A stretch of 64,000 bases of DNA from Eledone cirrhosa (taxonomy: Eukaryota): positions 50,716,001-50,780,000 of the forward strand of contig OZ024748.1 in the NCBI GenBank assembly GCA_964016885.1. The letters run 5' to 3'. The notes beneath the pieces are model-generated. The model searched no databases, was not told where the DNA came from, and was given only the letters and a program-made list of their open reading frames with translations. A program made the translations under genes and the position numbers. Each line of letters opens with the position of its first letter. Position 1 is the first letter of the stretch. Positions 15,726-29,735 of this stretch are shown piece by piece.

Positions 15726-16215
15726 AAGCATAAAGATTAGCGAAAAGGAGAATATCTATGCAGAACTAATGAGAAAGCTGCAGATACTCCACCCTAACTA
15801 TACATTCAGATTTATGCCTGTGATTATTGGGGCACTGGGATATGTTAGTAACTACATTCAGTATAAATCTTGAGAAGCTGGGCTTCACGGAAACAGAAAG
15901 AACACGACTAGTTAGGAAATTACAAGTACAATCTATTAATGGAACAGTAAAAATATGTAAAACTTTCCAAAAATTCTGCATCTAATAACTGCATATACCC
16001 TTGTACAGATACAAAGCATATGCACATGCGCATATACAATTAAAAACATTCACGTCCACACACACACAATAGCATCCATACCTGCACACATATGCATGCA
16101 TGCAGACATGCAGACATATCTGCTTAGTTGATGTTGTGTAAATTCCAATGAGAGAGTCTTGTGTCTATGTCTCTGTCTATTGGCAAAAATTTGTGAAATT
16201 ATAAAACCAGAAGAA
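15726..16215 (+). mobile_element. 3' end of a restriction-like-endonuclease (R4/NeSL-type) non-LTR retrotransposon
   Basis: Peptide EKENIYAELMRKLQILHPNYTFRFMPVIIGALGYV then LQVQSINGTVKICKTF matches the RLE C-terminal KxxxYxxL..PVIIGALG pattern; the 3' UTR ends in (ACAT)n. Confidence 0.7.
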
Positions 16216-16236
16216 CATACATACATACATACATAC

Positions 16237-16776
16237 ATGACATGATGGCTGCCTCCTCGTTATCGAGTATGGCCATTGCACGATATACCATTATTAATAG
16301 TTATTAATTAATGCTGTCGTGCTATGCCTGTGCGTGAAGATATTTTTAAAGTGAGGAAAGACTGTGCACTGAGCCAATCCCACTCTCTGAGCGACAGTAG
16401 CTATAACCCGAAAAGAAGAAAAGATCAACATCATCGGTAATTACTGAGCCGCGGTTTCATATCGGAGTTATCCCAGTTTCCTGAGTTGCCTTCTCCTAGA
16501 CGAATGCGCTGACAAAGGCTTGGGGTCCTTCACTCCCAGTGGTTTAACCGCGCGGTACATGTGTATATACATATTTACACACATTTATATGACCGTTGAC
16601 TCTTATGAGTTCTTCCGCCCTTTGTCAGGTTTTGTTTTTTGTTATGTAGGCTGTCCAAAATCACACTCCTCACCAAGTAAACTTGGTCGGGTTGCCGGTT
16701 TAGTCCCCGACGAGCCAACCATGCGACAGGTTGTACTGGGTTACATGTTACCAGTGGCACTCAAGAGTGACCTGAC
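16237..16776 (-). mobile_element. Bipartite RTE-derived non-autonomous element, family R2
   Basis: Homologous over its length to 28074-28585; RTE 5'UTR-like ctaggagaaggcaactc; terminal ctcg-ataa-cgag stem-loop; (ATGT)n flanks. Confidence 0.8.
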
Positions 16777-16792
16777 ATACATACATACATAC

Positions 16793-17277
16793 AAATCAAA
16801 ATTAGAAACAAATGAGTAGCGATATGTTGAGATAGATGGCACTAAGGAATATTGATGGAATCTGAAAACAAAAACTGTCACTTCAAGCACAACCGGCCTG
16901 ATATCGTTGTTTTAGCCCACGCATTGAAATCGTGCTCTGTTGTAGAGATCAGCTGCAAGAGCATCTCTACGGACCATTGATGATGAGTTTGCAGATCCAG
17001 TAACCAATATACACCATGAACTTCCTGACCTGTATTATTGGTCCTATAGTTTATATTCCAACCTGTTGGGACCAAAGTATGACTGATCTTGGATTTGTGG
17101 ACAAAGCGCGAGGCTACCTAATTCATAGAGTACAAATGGACGTGGTATTTGGAACCTTCTAAATGGGCAAAACATTCTTGCGATTCAAGGGACGACAATT
17201 TCTTTTCTTTGACAACGTTGCCACCAGGATCGTGGCTGGTCAAAAATGTACTCGAAATTAAGAGAAAGAGAACAACA
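16793..17277 (+). pseudogene. Decayed RLE domain of an R4/NeSL-type LINE
   Basis: aagcacaaccggcctgatatcgttgtt encodes KHNRPDIVV and is followed by CSVVEISC; stops and frameshifts present; ACAT flanks. Confidence 0.65.
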
Positions 17278-17286
17278 TAATACATA

Positions 17287-17896
17287 CATGGTGGCTGCCA
17301 ACTCGTTTTCGAGTACGGCCACTACTTTATATCCATGTAGGAGAACCCCTACCGATGCCCTGAACGAGTGTGACTTTTTAGTCCAGCCAGCGACTTGAAA
17401 ACTCTGGTACAAACACTACACTTGTAACAATTATTGACACATAGTGCTGGGCCCATGGTACCATGTGACGACAAGTGCAGAGAGATCTCCAGATATAAAG
17501 CAATGCCTGTGCTGTGAAGCTTTTATAGTGAGCAAAGGCACTGCACAAAGCCAGTCCCACTCTCTTAACCAAGATGATATTTACCAAAAAGAAGAACAAG
17601 TCAACATCATTGGATACCATCAGGGTTGCAGGTGTTATATCAGAGTTTTCCTTCTCCTAGAATTCTGCCTTGACCAAGGCTAAGGGGTCATCTCTCCCGG
17701 TGATTTTGGATGGCCATTGACTCTTAAGAGCTCTTTGCCCTTTGACAGGTTTTGTTTTTAGTCCTGCAGGATGTCCAAAGTCACCCTCCTCACCAAGAAA
17801 CCTTGGTGGGGTTGCCAGTTTAGTCGCCAACGACCCGACCATGAGACAGGTTTTACTGGGATACATGTTACCAGTAGCACCAACTGGTGACCTGAC
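17287..17896 (-). mobile_element. Bipartite RTE-derived non-autonomous element, family R1, full length (~610 bp)
   Basis: 5' part has ctggcaacccc and ctaggagaaggaaaactctga (RTE 5'UTR-like). The last ~175 bp match the RTE LINE 3' end at 50779-50960. (ATGT)n flanks. Confidence 0.85.
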
Positions 17897-18066
17897 ATAC
17901 ATACATACATACAAACATGCATACATACATACATGCATACAATATACATACATATATGCATACATACATACATATATACATACATTATACATAGATATAT
18001 ACATACTGGTATGCTCGTGTACTTGTTTGTATTTAACGTTGGTGCTGTACAGATGTTGTTACTGAT

Positions 18067-18124
<58 letters not shown>

Positions 18125-18137
18125 GCTACTACTACTG

Positions 18138-18190
<53 letters not shown>

Positions 18191-18206
18191 GATGCTGCTG
18201 CTGATG

Positions 18207-18269
<63 letters not shown>

Positions 18270-18270
18270 T
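18067..18270. repeat. (ACT)n microsatellite
   Basis: Directly visible. Confidence 0.95.
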
Positions 18271-18384
18271 TGCTAGTTTTGATGAAGTTGCTGATTACTT
18301 CTCAGATAAACAGGAAGACATTCTCATTTGTGGGATGAAAACTCACAGGTACATTTTTTCTTCTTATCTGTCAATTACTTGATG

Positions 18385-18880
18385 TTGTTAGTGTTGTTAC
18401 TGTTGTTGTTACTGTTGTTGTTACTGTTGTTGTTGCTGTTGTTGTTACTGTTGTTGTTGCTGCTGTTGTTATTGTAGTTGTGTTGTTGTTATTGTTTTTA
18501 CTATTGTGGAGAATGATGCTACTATTAATGTTATTGTTGTTTTAACTGTTTTTGATAGTGTTGTTGCTAGTGTTGTTTTTATGGTTGCTGTTACTGTTGT
18601 TGTTACTGTTGTTATTGCTATTGTTACTGTTGTTGTTACTGTTGTTATTGTTATTGTTACTGTTGTTGTTATTGTTATTGTTGTGGATAATGGTGTTGTT
18701 AGAAATGTTATCACTGTTGTTTTTAACTGTTTTTGGGGTGTGATGTTGTTATTGTTACTGTAATTATTATTATTGTTGTTGGTGTTGTTAATGTTGGCGT
18801 TACTGATGACGATAAGGACGTCGTTATTGTTGTTACTACCTGTTTTTACCAATGATGTTGTTGGTGGTGTTGCTGTTGTT
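18385..18880. repeat. Degenerate (GTT)n tract
   Basis: Directly visible. Confidence 0.9.
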
Positions 18881-19031
18881 ACATTATATGGAGTTTGTAC
18901 ATAAATTGAATTATTGGATCTCTACATTTTCTCCCAATTACTGATTATCATGTTTTTTTCCGTTTTTTTGTTTTTTTTACATATTGTTGAACACTTATAT
19001 TTTCATATAATATTAATTTCATGACAATAAC

Positions 19032-19146
<115 letters not shown>

Positions 19147-19428
19147 GTTGTTGTTATTAAATTAGTTAAATTTACAACATGCTATAAGATTTATCTAAGT
19201 ATAATTTTTTTCTTACTGTTAATTTTCACCATCCGGCATTATAATTCGGATTATCTTCTCTTCTTGAAATGTTCGTAATACATTTATATTTATCAATCTA
19301 CCTATCTCGATAAAGAAAAAAATCTACACTAACATACACATGTTCATATATTCTAAATTGAAAAAGAAATCTCATGACAACATTTGAGAAAATTAACTCT
19401 CAGCATTTATATACATACTACCCAAAAT

Positions 19429-19456
<28 letters not shown>

Positions 19457-19459
<3 letters not shown>

Positions 19460-19690
19460 TACAATGACAGATTAAAATTTAAGCAAAGAATCGCTGCTTT
19501 CACCCTCAACGGGATCTTCTGAAACTCAGAGTTTCAGAAGATCCCGTTAAGAGTGAAAGAAGCGATTCTTTGCTTAAACTTTAATCTGTTATTTTAATAA
19601 ATATTTGCCCTACGGTTCTTATATATTTGATATATATTTATCCTTATCGAGCCCTCTTTCGATTTCAGTCTTCATATTTATTATTATTAA
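19457..19690 (+). mobile_element. Fold-back mini-element, family D: palindrome plus 3' tail in (TA)n
   Basis: ~70-bp arms centred on 19528 (gaaactc-a-gagtttc) with a hammerhead-like core in each arm; the tail at 19600-19690 recurs inverted at 37052-37090. Confidence 0.8.
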
Positions 19691-19730
<40 letters not shown>

Positions 19731-19747
19731 TATATATTTACATATAT

Positions 19748-20018
19748 TGTGGCACGTGGCCTAGTGCTAAGTGTGTTGGACTTACGATCATAATGTGGTC
19801 GGCTGGATTCCTGGGTCTTGAGCAAAACACTTCATTTCACATTGCTCCAGTATACTCAGATGAAAATGAGTACCAGAAGAAGCTGGGAGATTAAGCCTGC
19901 GATGGACTGGCATCCTGTCCAGGGAGGGGTATTGTACTCACAGTCGCTTCACACCATAAAATCAGGATAAGCACCGGCCAAATGAGCCTTCTGGCTTAAG
20001 ACAGACTTTACACTTTAG
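19748..20018 (+). mobile_element. SINE family 2 (CORE-like) copy
   Basis: tggcctagtg head; cttgagcaaaacacttcatttcacattgctccag core; cctgcgatggactggcatcctgtccaggg..ttaagacagacttta 3' part shared with 40170-40400. Confidence 0.75.
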
Positions 20019-20098
20019 ATATATATATGTATATAAATATGTATATATAAATAGATATATATATGTAGATACACATATATATATATATATATATATAT

Positions 20099-20574
20099 AA
20101 AAGGTGGTATTTAAGAAAGCCACAACAATGCAAAGGAGATTTAATCCCAATATTTCGGGCTCACGCCCATCAACGGGGGAAAAAGTTGGGTGCAAACAAG
20201 TCCTGGCTCAGGTGTAATGATAAGAGGGTGTTAAAGTTTGCTTGAAGCATTGTGAAATGTGAAAGGTGGTATTTAAGAAAGCCACATTTTCCCCCGTTGA
20301 TGGGCGTGAGCCCGAAATATTGGGATTAAATCTCCTTTGCATTGTTGTGGCTTTCTTAAATACCACCTTTCACATTTCACAATGCTTCAAGCAAACTTTA
20401 ACACCCTCTTATCATTACACCTGAGCCAGGACTTGTTTGCACCCAACTTTTTCCCCCGTTGATGGGCGTGAGCCCGAAATATTGGGATTAAATCTCCTTT
20501 GCATTGTTGTGGCTTTCTTAAATACCACCTTTCACATTTCACAATGCTTCAAGCAAACTTTAACACCCTCTTAT
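20099..20574. repeat. 162-bp unit arranged as ~1.15 inverted plus ~1.8 direct tandem copies, with hammerhead-like motif
   Basis: aaggtggtatttaagaaagcc at 20101 and 20263; cccccgttgatgggcgtgagcccgaaatattggga at 20291 and 20453; inversion junction at ~20286. Confidence 0.9.
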
Positions 20575-20592
20575 ATATATATATATATATAT

Positions 20593-20820
20593 ATAGGAAA
20601 AAGTATGACCCCGACGGCAGAGCTCAAGCCGTTTTGACGGCTATTTCTGGACTGTTGTTATTGTTACTGTTATTTTTTGTTGTGAGTCCAGAAATAGCTG
20701 TCGAAACGGCTTGAGCTCTGCCGTCGGGGTCATATTTTTTCTTATTTCCCACTCTACTGCCCTAAGTATTGAGTACTCTGGTGCGTTATGCTCCATCCAG
20801 TTCCTTACCACAATCCTTTG

Positions 20821-20822
<2 letters not shown>
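20593..20822 (+). mobile_element. Fold-back mini-copy of the 61.9-64 kb Penelope pLTR (family A)
   Basis: Inverted arms ataggaaaaagtatgaccccgacggcagagctcaagccgtt..ggact and agtccagaaatagc..ggggtcatatt, then the tail cccactctac..ttccttaccac matching 63928-63991. Confidence 0.9.
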
Positions 20823-20860
<38 letters not shown>

Positions 20861-20865
<5 letters not shown>

Positions 20866-20993
20866 AAGCGGTCGATACGGCTCGAGCTCTCCCGTCGGGG
20901 TCTTGAACATTTACCTATTACCCACTCTACTTCCCTAAGTATTGAGTACTCTGCTGCATTATGGTCCACCTGCTTCCTTACCACACTTCCTTC

Positions 20994-20996
<3 letters not shown>
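20861..20996 (+). mobile_element. Family A pLTR 3' end with minimal fold-back
   Basis: Starts ataggaa, then gtcgatacggctcgagctctcccgtcggggtc plus the same tail; (TA)n flanks. Confidence 0.85.
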
Positions 20997-21036
<40 letters not shown>

Positions 21037-21055
21037 CTACATATATATATATATA

Positions 21056-21137
<82 letters not shown>

Positions 21138-21356
21138 GCTTATTCTTTATAAGCAGACAGTATTATTGATTTAGGTGTTGTAGAAACCCAATTTCGGTGT
21201 ATTCCATCTTCCCCGAGGGTCCGGGTAAATATTTCAGTCATATCTCATTTTGTTTGACCCGTTTAGCTTGTTCGCTATTTTGGCTATGGTGGTTAATCGC
21301 TTCTTAACCATCGTCTCAGCGTTTATGCGATTCACGCTATATTTATATATATATAT

Positions 21357-21405
<49 letters not shown>

Positions 21406-21440
21406 AATAATGGAGCTGCGGCGTTGCAAATGGGTTACAT

Positions 21441-21880
21441 ATAAAAAAGGGGGGGAGTCCTTCATCTGTGACCCTCCAACCGTCCCAGGTATTTCATCGC
21501 TTTAAGGGCCATATACCTCAGGTTGGTGCGAACAACGGCTAAAAAAAGTCGTTGGGACACGTAAATAAAGAGAACGTTAGGGTGAACAAACAAAATGGTT
21601 TAAGCAACAGAAAGTGAGAGGAAAGAGACAAGTCCCAGATTTCTAGTAGTTCTCACGATTTTATCGAGTTTATATTCATAGAAATCTGGGACTTGTCTCT
21701 TTCCTCTCACTTTCTGTTGCTTAAACCATTTTGTTTGTTCACCCTAACGTTCTCTTTATTTACGTGTCCCAACGACTTTTTTTAGCCGTTGTTCGCACCA
21801 ACCTGAGGTATATGGCCCTTAAAGCGATGAAATGCCTGGGACAGTTGGAGGGTCACTGATGAAGGACTCCCCCCCCTTTT

Positions 21881-21883
<3 letters not shown>
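21441..21883. repeat. ~205-bp-arm inverted repeat with a 33-bp spacer, ending in a half hammerhead
   Basis: 21441-21645 mirrors 21679-21883 with few mismatches; CTGATGA-aggac at 21856. Confidence 0.9.
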
Positions 21884-21927
<44 letters not shown>

Positions 21928-22168
21928 ATATGAGTGTGTATATATGAGTGTAGAAGACATAGATGTTATTTAATGTATAATATTCAAGTTTCGCATATAT
22001 ATATATGTATATGTGTGTGTGTTTATATATATATATATGGAGGAGGTTATAGTTGACTAGAATTATTGTGTAATGAGGTATAAACGTTTGAATATGTATA
22101 ATAAAGCCAAAACAATGCAGGTATGGACATAGAAAAAAGAATGCAATTGCAAAAGATATTGTTGACAA

Positions 22169-22374
22169 ATCGTCTTTTACCTTAGATTTATTTAAATGTC
22201 CTTAATTTTCGAGATAATATCTCTTCTCCAGAGTGAAATAAAGGTCTCAAACCAGCGTTCTAAATATCTTGCAAGATATTTAGAACGCTGGTTTGAGACC
22301 TTTATTTCACTCTGGAGAAGAGATATTATCTCGAAAATTAAGGACATTTAAATAAATCTAAGGTAAAAGACGAT
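22169..22374. repeat. Perfect 206-bp palindrome
   Basis: Centre atatcttg|caagatat at 22271/22272, with 103-bp arms and no spacer. It contains ctggaga-agagat-att-atctc-gaaa, which is hammerhead-like. Confidence 0.92.
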
Positions 22375-22440
22375 ATTTCGGATGTACAACAGTACGTCCT
22401 CATCAGACAAAATATAATGATACATGACATACCCTGAGAT
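22372..22440 (-). ncRNA. Hammerhead motif (family B-like), 3' side interrupted by the palindrome
   Basis: The minus strand reads tattttgt-CTGATGA-ggacgtac-tgtt-gtacatcc-GAAAT. Confidence 0.65.
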
Positions 22441-22576
22441 GTTAAATGGTTACGATTTAATCAAGGTAGTGATTAACCCAAGAAAAATTCAACAAAATTA
22501 TTCACCGTAGAGTGCTTCCAATCTACTGTAAAACTCATTCTTTGACATACTCATTGAATCTTGTTTAACTATTTAA

Positions 22577-22610
<34 letters not shown>

Positions 22611-22612
<2 letters not shown>

Positions 22613-22691
22613 CAGCTCTGTCTGATGACCTATCCAGACGTATATTAATATTATCGGGCATCAACCAGAAACCTTTGGTAATAGGATAGTT
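22611..22691 (+). ncRNA. Hammerhead-like motif
   Basis: CTGATGA at 22622, GAAAC-ctttg-GTA at 22668-22680, imperfect stems I and II. Confidence 0.5.
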
Positions 22692-22780
22692 ATATTTTTT
22701 GTTGTTCACTTTCTAATTATGTACACATATATATTATATATATAATAAGTAAACATTATAATACAACGGGGGGAAACATA

Positions 22781-22834
22781 ATAGTATCACTGATGATGTC
22801 ACAAGTGTGTGACGAAAGGACTCTAAGAGACTAT
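22781..22834 (+). ncRNA. Type I hammerhead motif (family C)
   Basis: atagtatca-CTGATGA-t-gtcaca-agtg-tgtgac-GAAAG-gact-CTA-agagactat. Confidence 0.7.
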
Positions 22835-22854
22835 TTATATATATTCATTGTGTG

Positions 22855-22943
<89 letters not shown>

Positions 22944-23205
22944 GTATTCTCTTTTCTCCTAGTTTATTTTACACCTAATTCTGTTTAATTGACTGTATAT
23001 CTGGGCGATTACGCTGTCGAAATATTCGATAAATATTCCGTCGCAGCCGACGCGAAGGGCTGGTTTCGGTTATTTGTTGGAGATTTCTTCATAGAAGCCT
23101 TATTCTTATAGCCTGGTCTATTCGATTTTTTATATGGTTAATTATGCTAATTGGGAGAGGAAATGGTATATATTTTATCTGGTGATTCTATAGACATGTT
23201 TTATG

Positions 23206-23255
<50 letters not shown>

Positions 23256-23269
23256 CTGTATATATATAA

Positions 23270-23472
23270 ATAGTCTCTCAGCGTCCTTTCGTCATATATA
23301 TATATATATTTAACTGTTGGTCAATCAATGATAAAAATCGATTGCTAGCTAAATTAACTATAGGGATATAAAATATACGGTACGAAAACCAACCCAAAAC
23401 AAACAGTGAGTGTGTTTTATCATATATTTCTGGCAATATCATAACAACATGACCCTCCCCAAATATAACAAT
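23270..23472 (+). mobile_element. Family C: inverted HHR fragment plus 3' tail
   Basis: tagtctctcagcgtcctttcgtca is the inverted HHR 3' half; 23310-23472 is homologous (reverse complement) to 1500-1645 and 28829-28980. Confidence 0.65.
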
Positions 23473-23498
23473 ATATATATATATATATATATTTTATG

Positions 23499-23544
<46 letters not shown>

Positions 23545-23557
<13 letters not shown>

Positions 23558-23577
23558 GTAGGTAGATAAATAAATAG

Positions 23578-23661
<84 letters not shown>

Positions 23662-23670
23662 TAAGATAGA
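23545..23670. repeat. (GATA)n microsatellite
   Basis: Directly visible. Confidence 0.95.
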
Positions 23671-24080
23671 TTATGCAAGTATGGAATGAATTCTATTGGC
23701 ATCTATCTAAGATATACAGGAGGCTGCCTTGAGCTAAGGAAAGAATTTTAGCCGAGCTTTCAACATCAAGAGTCATTTCTTAGATAATACTTATTTTCTC
23801 TGCGCTATCCTTCGCCAATTTTCTTCAATTCTTTCCTTATTTCTCCCCAAAGACATTGCAAACAAGACATTCTTTATTACCCTTATCGTTTAGTTGATCG
23901 TTTCAATTAAGACGTAGCTTGTTGTCAAGGAAATTTTCTTACAGTTTCATCTCATTAGCAGTTTGTTGGCGTTCCTTTGAATATATGGATTTGTTTGCGT
24001 ATATATTTACATATGTAATTATATACAGTATGTATGTGCATACATACATGCACACACATTTATGTATATATGTATATGTG

Positions 24081-24140
<60 letters not shown>

Positions 24141-24169
24141 GTACACACACACACACGCGCATATATATG

Positions 24170-25100
<931 letters not shown>

Positions 25101-25179
25101 TACCATTTGTGTTGCTTACTTATCAGTGATGATGTAACTGTGCTGTGGGTAATGATTTCGTGTTGTGTTTTTGTTGAAG

Positions 25180-26600
25180 ATTGTTATGTTGATCCTGTTG
25201 TTGTTATGTTGCTCCTGTTGTTGTTATGTTGATCTTGTTGTTATGTTGTCCCTGTTGTTGTTATGTTGATCCTGCTGTTGTTAATTCGATCTTGTTGTTA
25301 TGTTGCCCCTGTTGTTGTTATGTTGCTCCTGTTGTTGTTGTGTTGCTCCTGTTGTTGTTATGTTGATCCTGCTGTTGTTATGTTGCTCCTGCTGTTTTTA
25401 TGTCGATCTTGTTGTTATGTTGTCCCTGTTGTTGTTATGTTGATCCTGTTGTTGTTATGTTGATCCTGCTGTTGTTATGTTGGTGTTATGTTGTTCCTGT
25501 TGTTGTTATGTTGATCCTGTTGTTGTTATGTTGATCCTGCTGTTGTTATATCGATCTTGTTGTTATGTTGTCCCTGTTCTTGTTATGTTGATCCTGTTGT
25601 TGTTATGTTGATCCTGTTGTTGTTATGTCGATCTTGTTGTTATGTTGATCCTGTTCTTGTTATGTTGATCCTGTTGTTGTTATGTTGCTCCTGTTGTTGT
25701 TATGTTGCTCCTGCTGTTGTTATGTCGATATTGTTGTTATGTTGTCCCTGTTGTTGTTATGTTGCTCCTGCTGTTGTTATGTCAATATTGTTGTTATGTT
25801 GTCCCTGTTGTTGTTATGTTGATCCTGTTGTTGTTATGTTGCTCCTGCTGTTGTTATGTCGATCTTGTTTTTATGTTGCCCCTGTTCTTGTTATGTTGAT
25901 CCTGTTGTTGTTATGTTGATCCTGCTGTTTTTATGATGATCTTGTTGTTATATTGTCCCTGTTGTTGTTATGTTGTTCCTGTTGTTGTTATGTTGATCCT
26001 GTTGTTATTATGTTGGTGTTATGTTTTTCCTGTTGTTGTTATGTTGTTCCTGTTGTTGTTATGTTGTTCCTGCTGTTGTTATGTTGATCCTGTTGTTGTT
26101 ATGTTGTTCCTGTTGTTGTTATGTTCTGTTATTTTGTTCCTGTTGTTGTTATGTTGTTCCTGATGTTGTTATGTTTTTGTTGTGTCGATCCTGTTGTTAT
26201 GTTTTCCTGGTGTTGTTATGTTCTTCCTGTCGTTGTTATATTGTTCCTGTTCCTGTTATATTGTTCCTATTGTTGTTACGTTGTTCCTGTTGTTATGTTG
26301 TTCCTGTTGTTGTTATGTCTTCCTTCTGTTGTTATGTTGTTCATGCTGTTGGTATGTTGTTATGTTGTTGCTATGTTGTTCCTGCTGTTGTTATGTTTTC
26401 CTGCTGTTGTTATGTTGATCATGCTGTTGGTATGTTGTTATGTTGTTCCTATTATATTGTTCTTATTGTTGTTGTGTCGATCCTGTTGTTATGTTGTTCC
26501 TGTTGTTGTTATGTTGGTAGTGTTATGTTGTTATGTTGTTCCTGTTGTTGTTATGTTGTTCCTGTTGTTGTTATGTTGTTCCTGTTATTATTGTTTGCCC
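25180..26600. repeat. GTT-derived minisatellite, ~18-21-bp unit (gttatgttgatcctgttgtt)
   Basis: Dozens of variant units that become more degenerate toward the right. Confidence 0.9.
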
Positions 26601-26899
26601 TCCGTTGTAGTTGCTATCGTCATGAAGGAAAGGAGGGTTGTTGCTAATGTTTGCCCTACCTTGTAGTTGCTAACATAATGAAAGAAAGGACGACTATTGT
26701 TGCTAATTAGTTGCTATTCCAACCATCCATACATCCAACAACACAATATCTCCACACTAGTAATTACCATGTTGCTAACTAAGTCACGCCTGTTATTATA
26801 GTTATTATAGTCTCTAGACAAATTCATTAATATCCATTTCTAACTTTCCTCGGTGTCAGTAGCATCACATTACACGTGACTAGCTGAGATTACGACGAC

Positions 26900-27850
26900 G
26901 ACGACCACCACCACCACCAACACCACTACCAACACCACCACCACCACCAACACCACCACCACATTAACAGCACCACAACCTCCATCACCACAACCACCAC
27001 AACCGCTACCACTATCACTACGACCAATATCATTAACAACCACCACCAGCAACAATACCGCCACCATCACCGTCACCAAACCACCACCGCCACCACCACC
27101 AACGACAACCATAAGCACCAATACCACCTCCATCTATACAATTATCGCCATTATTACCACCACCACCAACAATAGCAATGAGACCTTCAATACCACCAAT
27201 ACCACCACACCAACACTAACAGTACCACCACCACCACCACCTCCACCATCATCATCGCCATCATTACACGCACCACCATTAACACCACCAATACCAACAC
27301 CAAGACCAATTACCACCACCACCATCACCATCAGCGCCAACAATACCAACACCACCACCACCAACACCAACATTACCACCACGACCACCATCATCATAGC
27401 CATCATTACCTGCACCACCATCAACACCACCACCACCACCAACATTACCACCACCACCATCACCATCAGCGCCAACAATACCAACACCACCACCACCAAC
27501 ACCAACATTACCACCACGACCACCATCATCATAGCCATCATTACCTGCACCACCATCAACACCACCACCACCACCAACATTACCACCACTACCATCACCA
27601 CCATCAACACCACCAACACCAACATTACCACCACCACCACCACCACCTCCTCCACCATCATCATAACCATCATTACCTGCACCACCATCAACACCACCAA
27701 CACCAACACCACCACCACCAACATTACCACCACCACCACCACCACCACCACCACCATCAACACCACCAATACCAACATTACCACCACCACTACCACCATC
27801 AACACGACCAACACCAACATTATCATCACCGCCACCGCCACCATCATCAT
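26900..27850. repeat. Degenerate (ACC)n tract with an internal ~126-bp duplication
   Basis: catcagcgccaacaataccaac..catcattacctgcacc occurs twice (~27329 and ~27464). Confidence 0.85.
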
Positions 27851-28073
27851 TTTCATTAGTAGTATTTTGTCGTCATAATCGTAATTATCAACATCATTAT
27901 CTACATACATTGTCATTCGGTAGAGCGTCGTATAACACGCTTTGTGGTAAAGAGTGACGTCCCTTTGCGTTTTGAGTTCAAATCCCACCGAGGTCAGCTT
28001 TGCTTGTATGTATGTATGTATGTATGTATGTATGTATGTATGTATGTATGTATGTATGTATGTATGTATGTAT

Positions 28074-28585
28074 GTCGGGTCACTCTTGAGTGCTACTGGT
28101 AACATGTAACCCAACCTGTCGCATGGTCGGGTCGTCGGCGACTAAACCGGGTACTCCACAAGTTTACTTGGTGAGGAGAGTGATTTTCGACACACTGCAG
28201 GACAAAAAACAAAACCTGACAAGGGCCGAAGAACTCATAAGAGTCAACGGACATCCAAAAGTGTGTAAATATGTATAAGTATATACACAAAGGAACCCTA
28301 GCCTTTATCAGGGTATTCTTCTAGGAGAAGGCAACTCAGGAAACTGGGATAACTCCGATATAAAACCTGTGGCTCAGTAGTTACCGATGATGTTGATCTT
28401 TTCTTCTTATCGGGTTATAGCTACTGTCGCTCAGAGAATGGGATTGGCTCAGTGTACAGTTTTTCCTCACTTTAAAAAATATCTTCATGCTCAGGCATTG
28501 CACGATAGAATTAATTAATAATTATTAATAATGGTATATCGTGCAATGGCCATACTCGATAACGAGGAGGCAGCCATCATGTCAT
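28074..28585 (+). mobile_element. Bipartite RTE-derived element, family R2
   Basis: Homologous to 16237-16776; sits in (ATGT)n directly after a truncated SINE family 1 head (27915-28005). Confidence 0.8.
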
Positions 28586-28710
28586 GTATGTATGTATGTA
28601 TGTATGTATGTATGTATGTATGAATGTGTGTATGTACCTATATATGTTCAACTATATATATTTATGTGTATATGTATGTATATATGAGTGTATGTATGTA
28701 TGTATATATG

Positions 28711-29224
<514 letters not shown>

Positions 29225-29287
29225 GCATGTATATTTTTAGGTAAATATGTATGTATACATATGTGTATGTATACATGTATGTATGTA

Positions 29288-29735
29288 TCAAAGGGCAAAG
29301 AAGCTCTTAGGATTCAATGGCCATCCAAAATCAACAGGAGAGATGACCCCTTAGCCTTTGTCAAGGCAGAATTCTGGGAGAAGGAACACTTTGCAACCCG
29401 GATGCTATCCAATGATGTTGACTTGTTCTTCTTTTTGGTAAATATCATCTTGGTTAAGAGAGTGGGACTGGCTTTGTGCAGTGCCTTTGCTCACTATAAA
29501 AGCTTCTCGGCACAGGCATTGCTTTATATCTGGAGATCTCTCTGCACTTGTCGTCACATGGTACCATGGGCCCAGCACTATGTGTCAATAATTGTCACAA
29601 GTGTAGTGTCTGTACCAGATTTTTCAAGTCGCTGGCTGGACTAAAAAGTCACACTCGTTCAGGGCATCGGTAGGGGTTCTCCTACATGGATATAAAGTAG
29701 TGGCCATACTCGAAAACGAGTTGGCAGCCACCATG
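29288..29735 (+). mobile_element. Family R1 RTE-derived element, 5'-truncated
   Basis: High similarity to 17287-17745. Confidence 0.85.
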
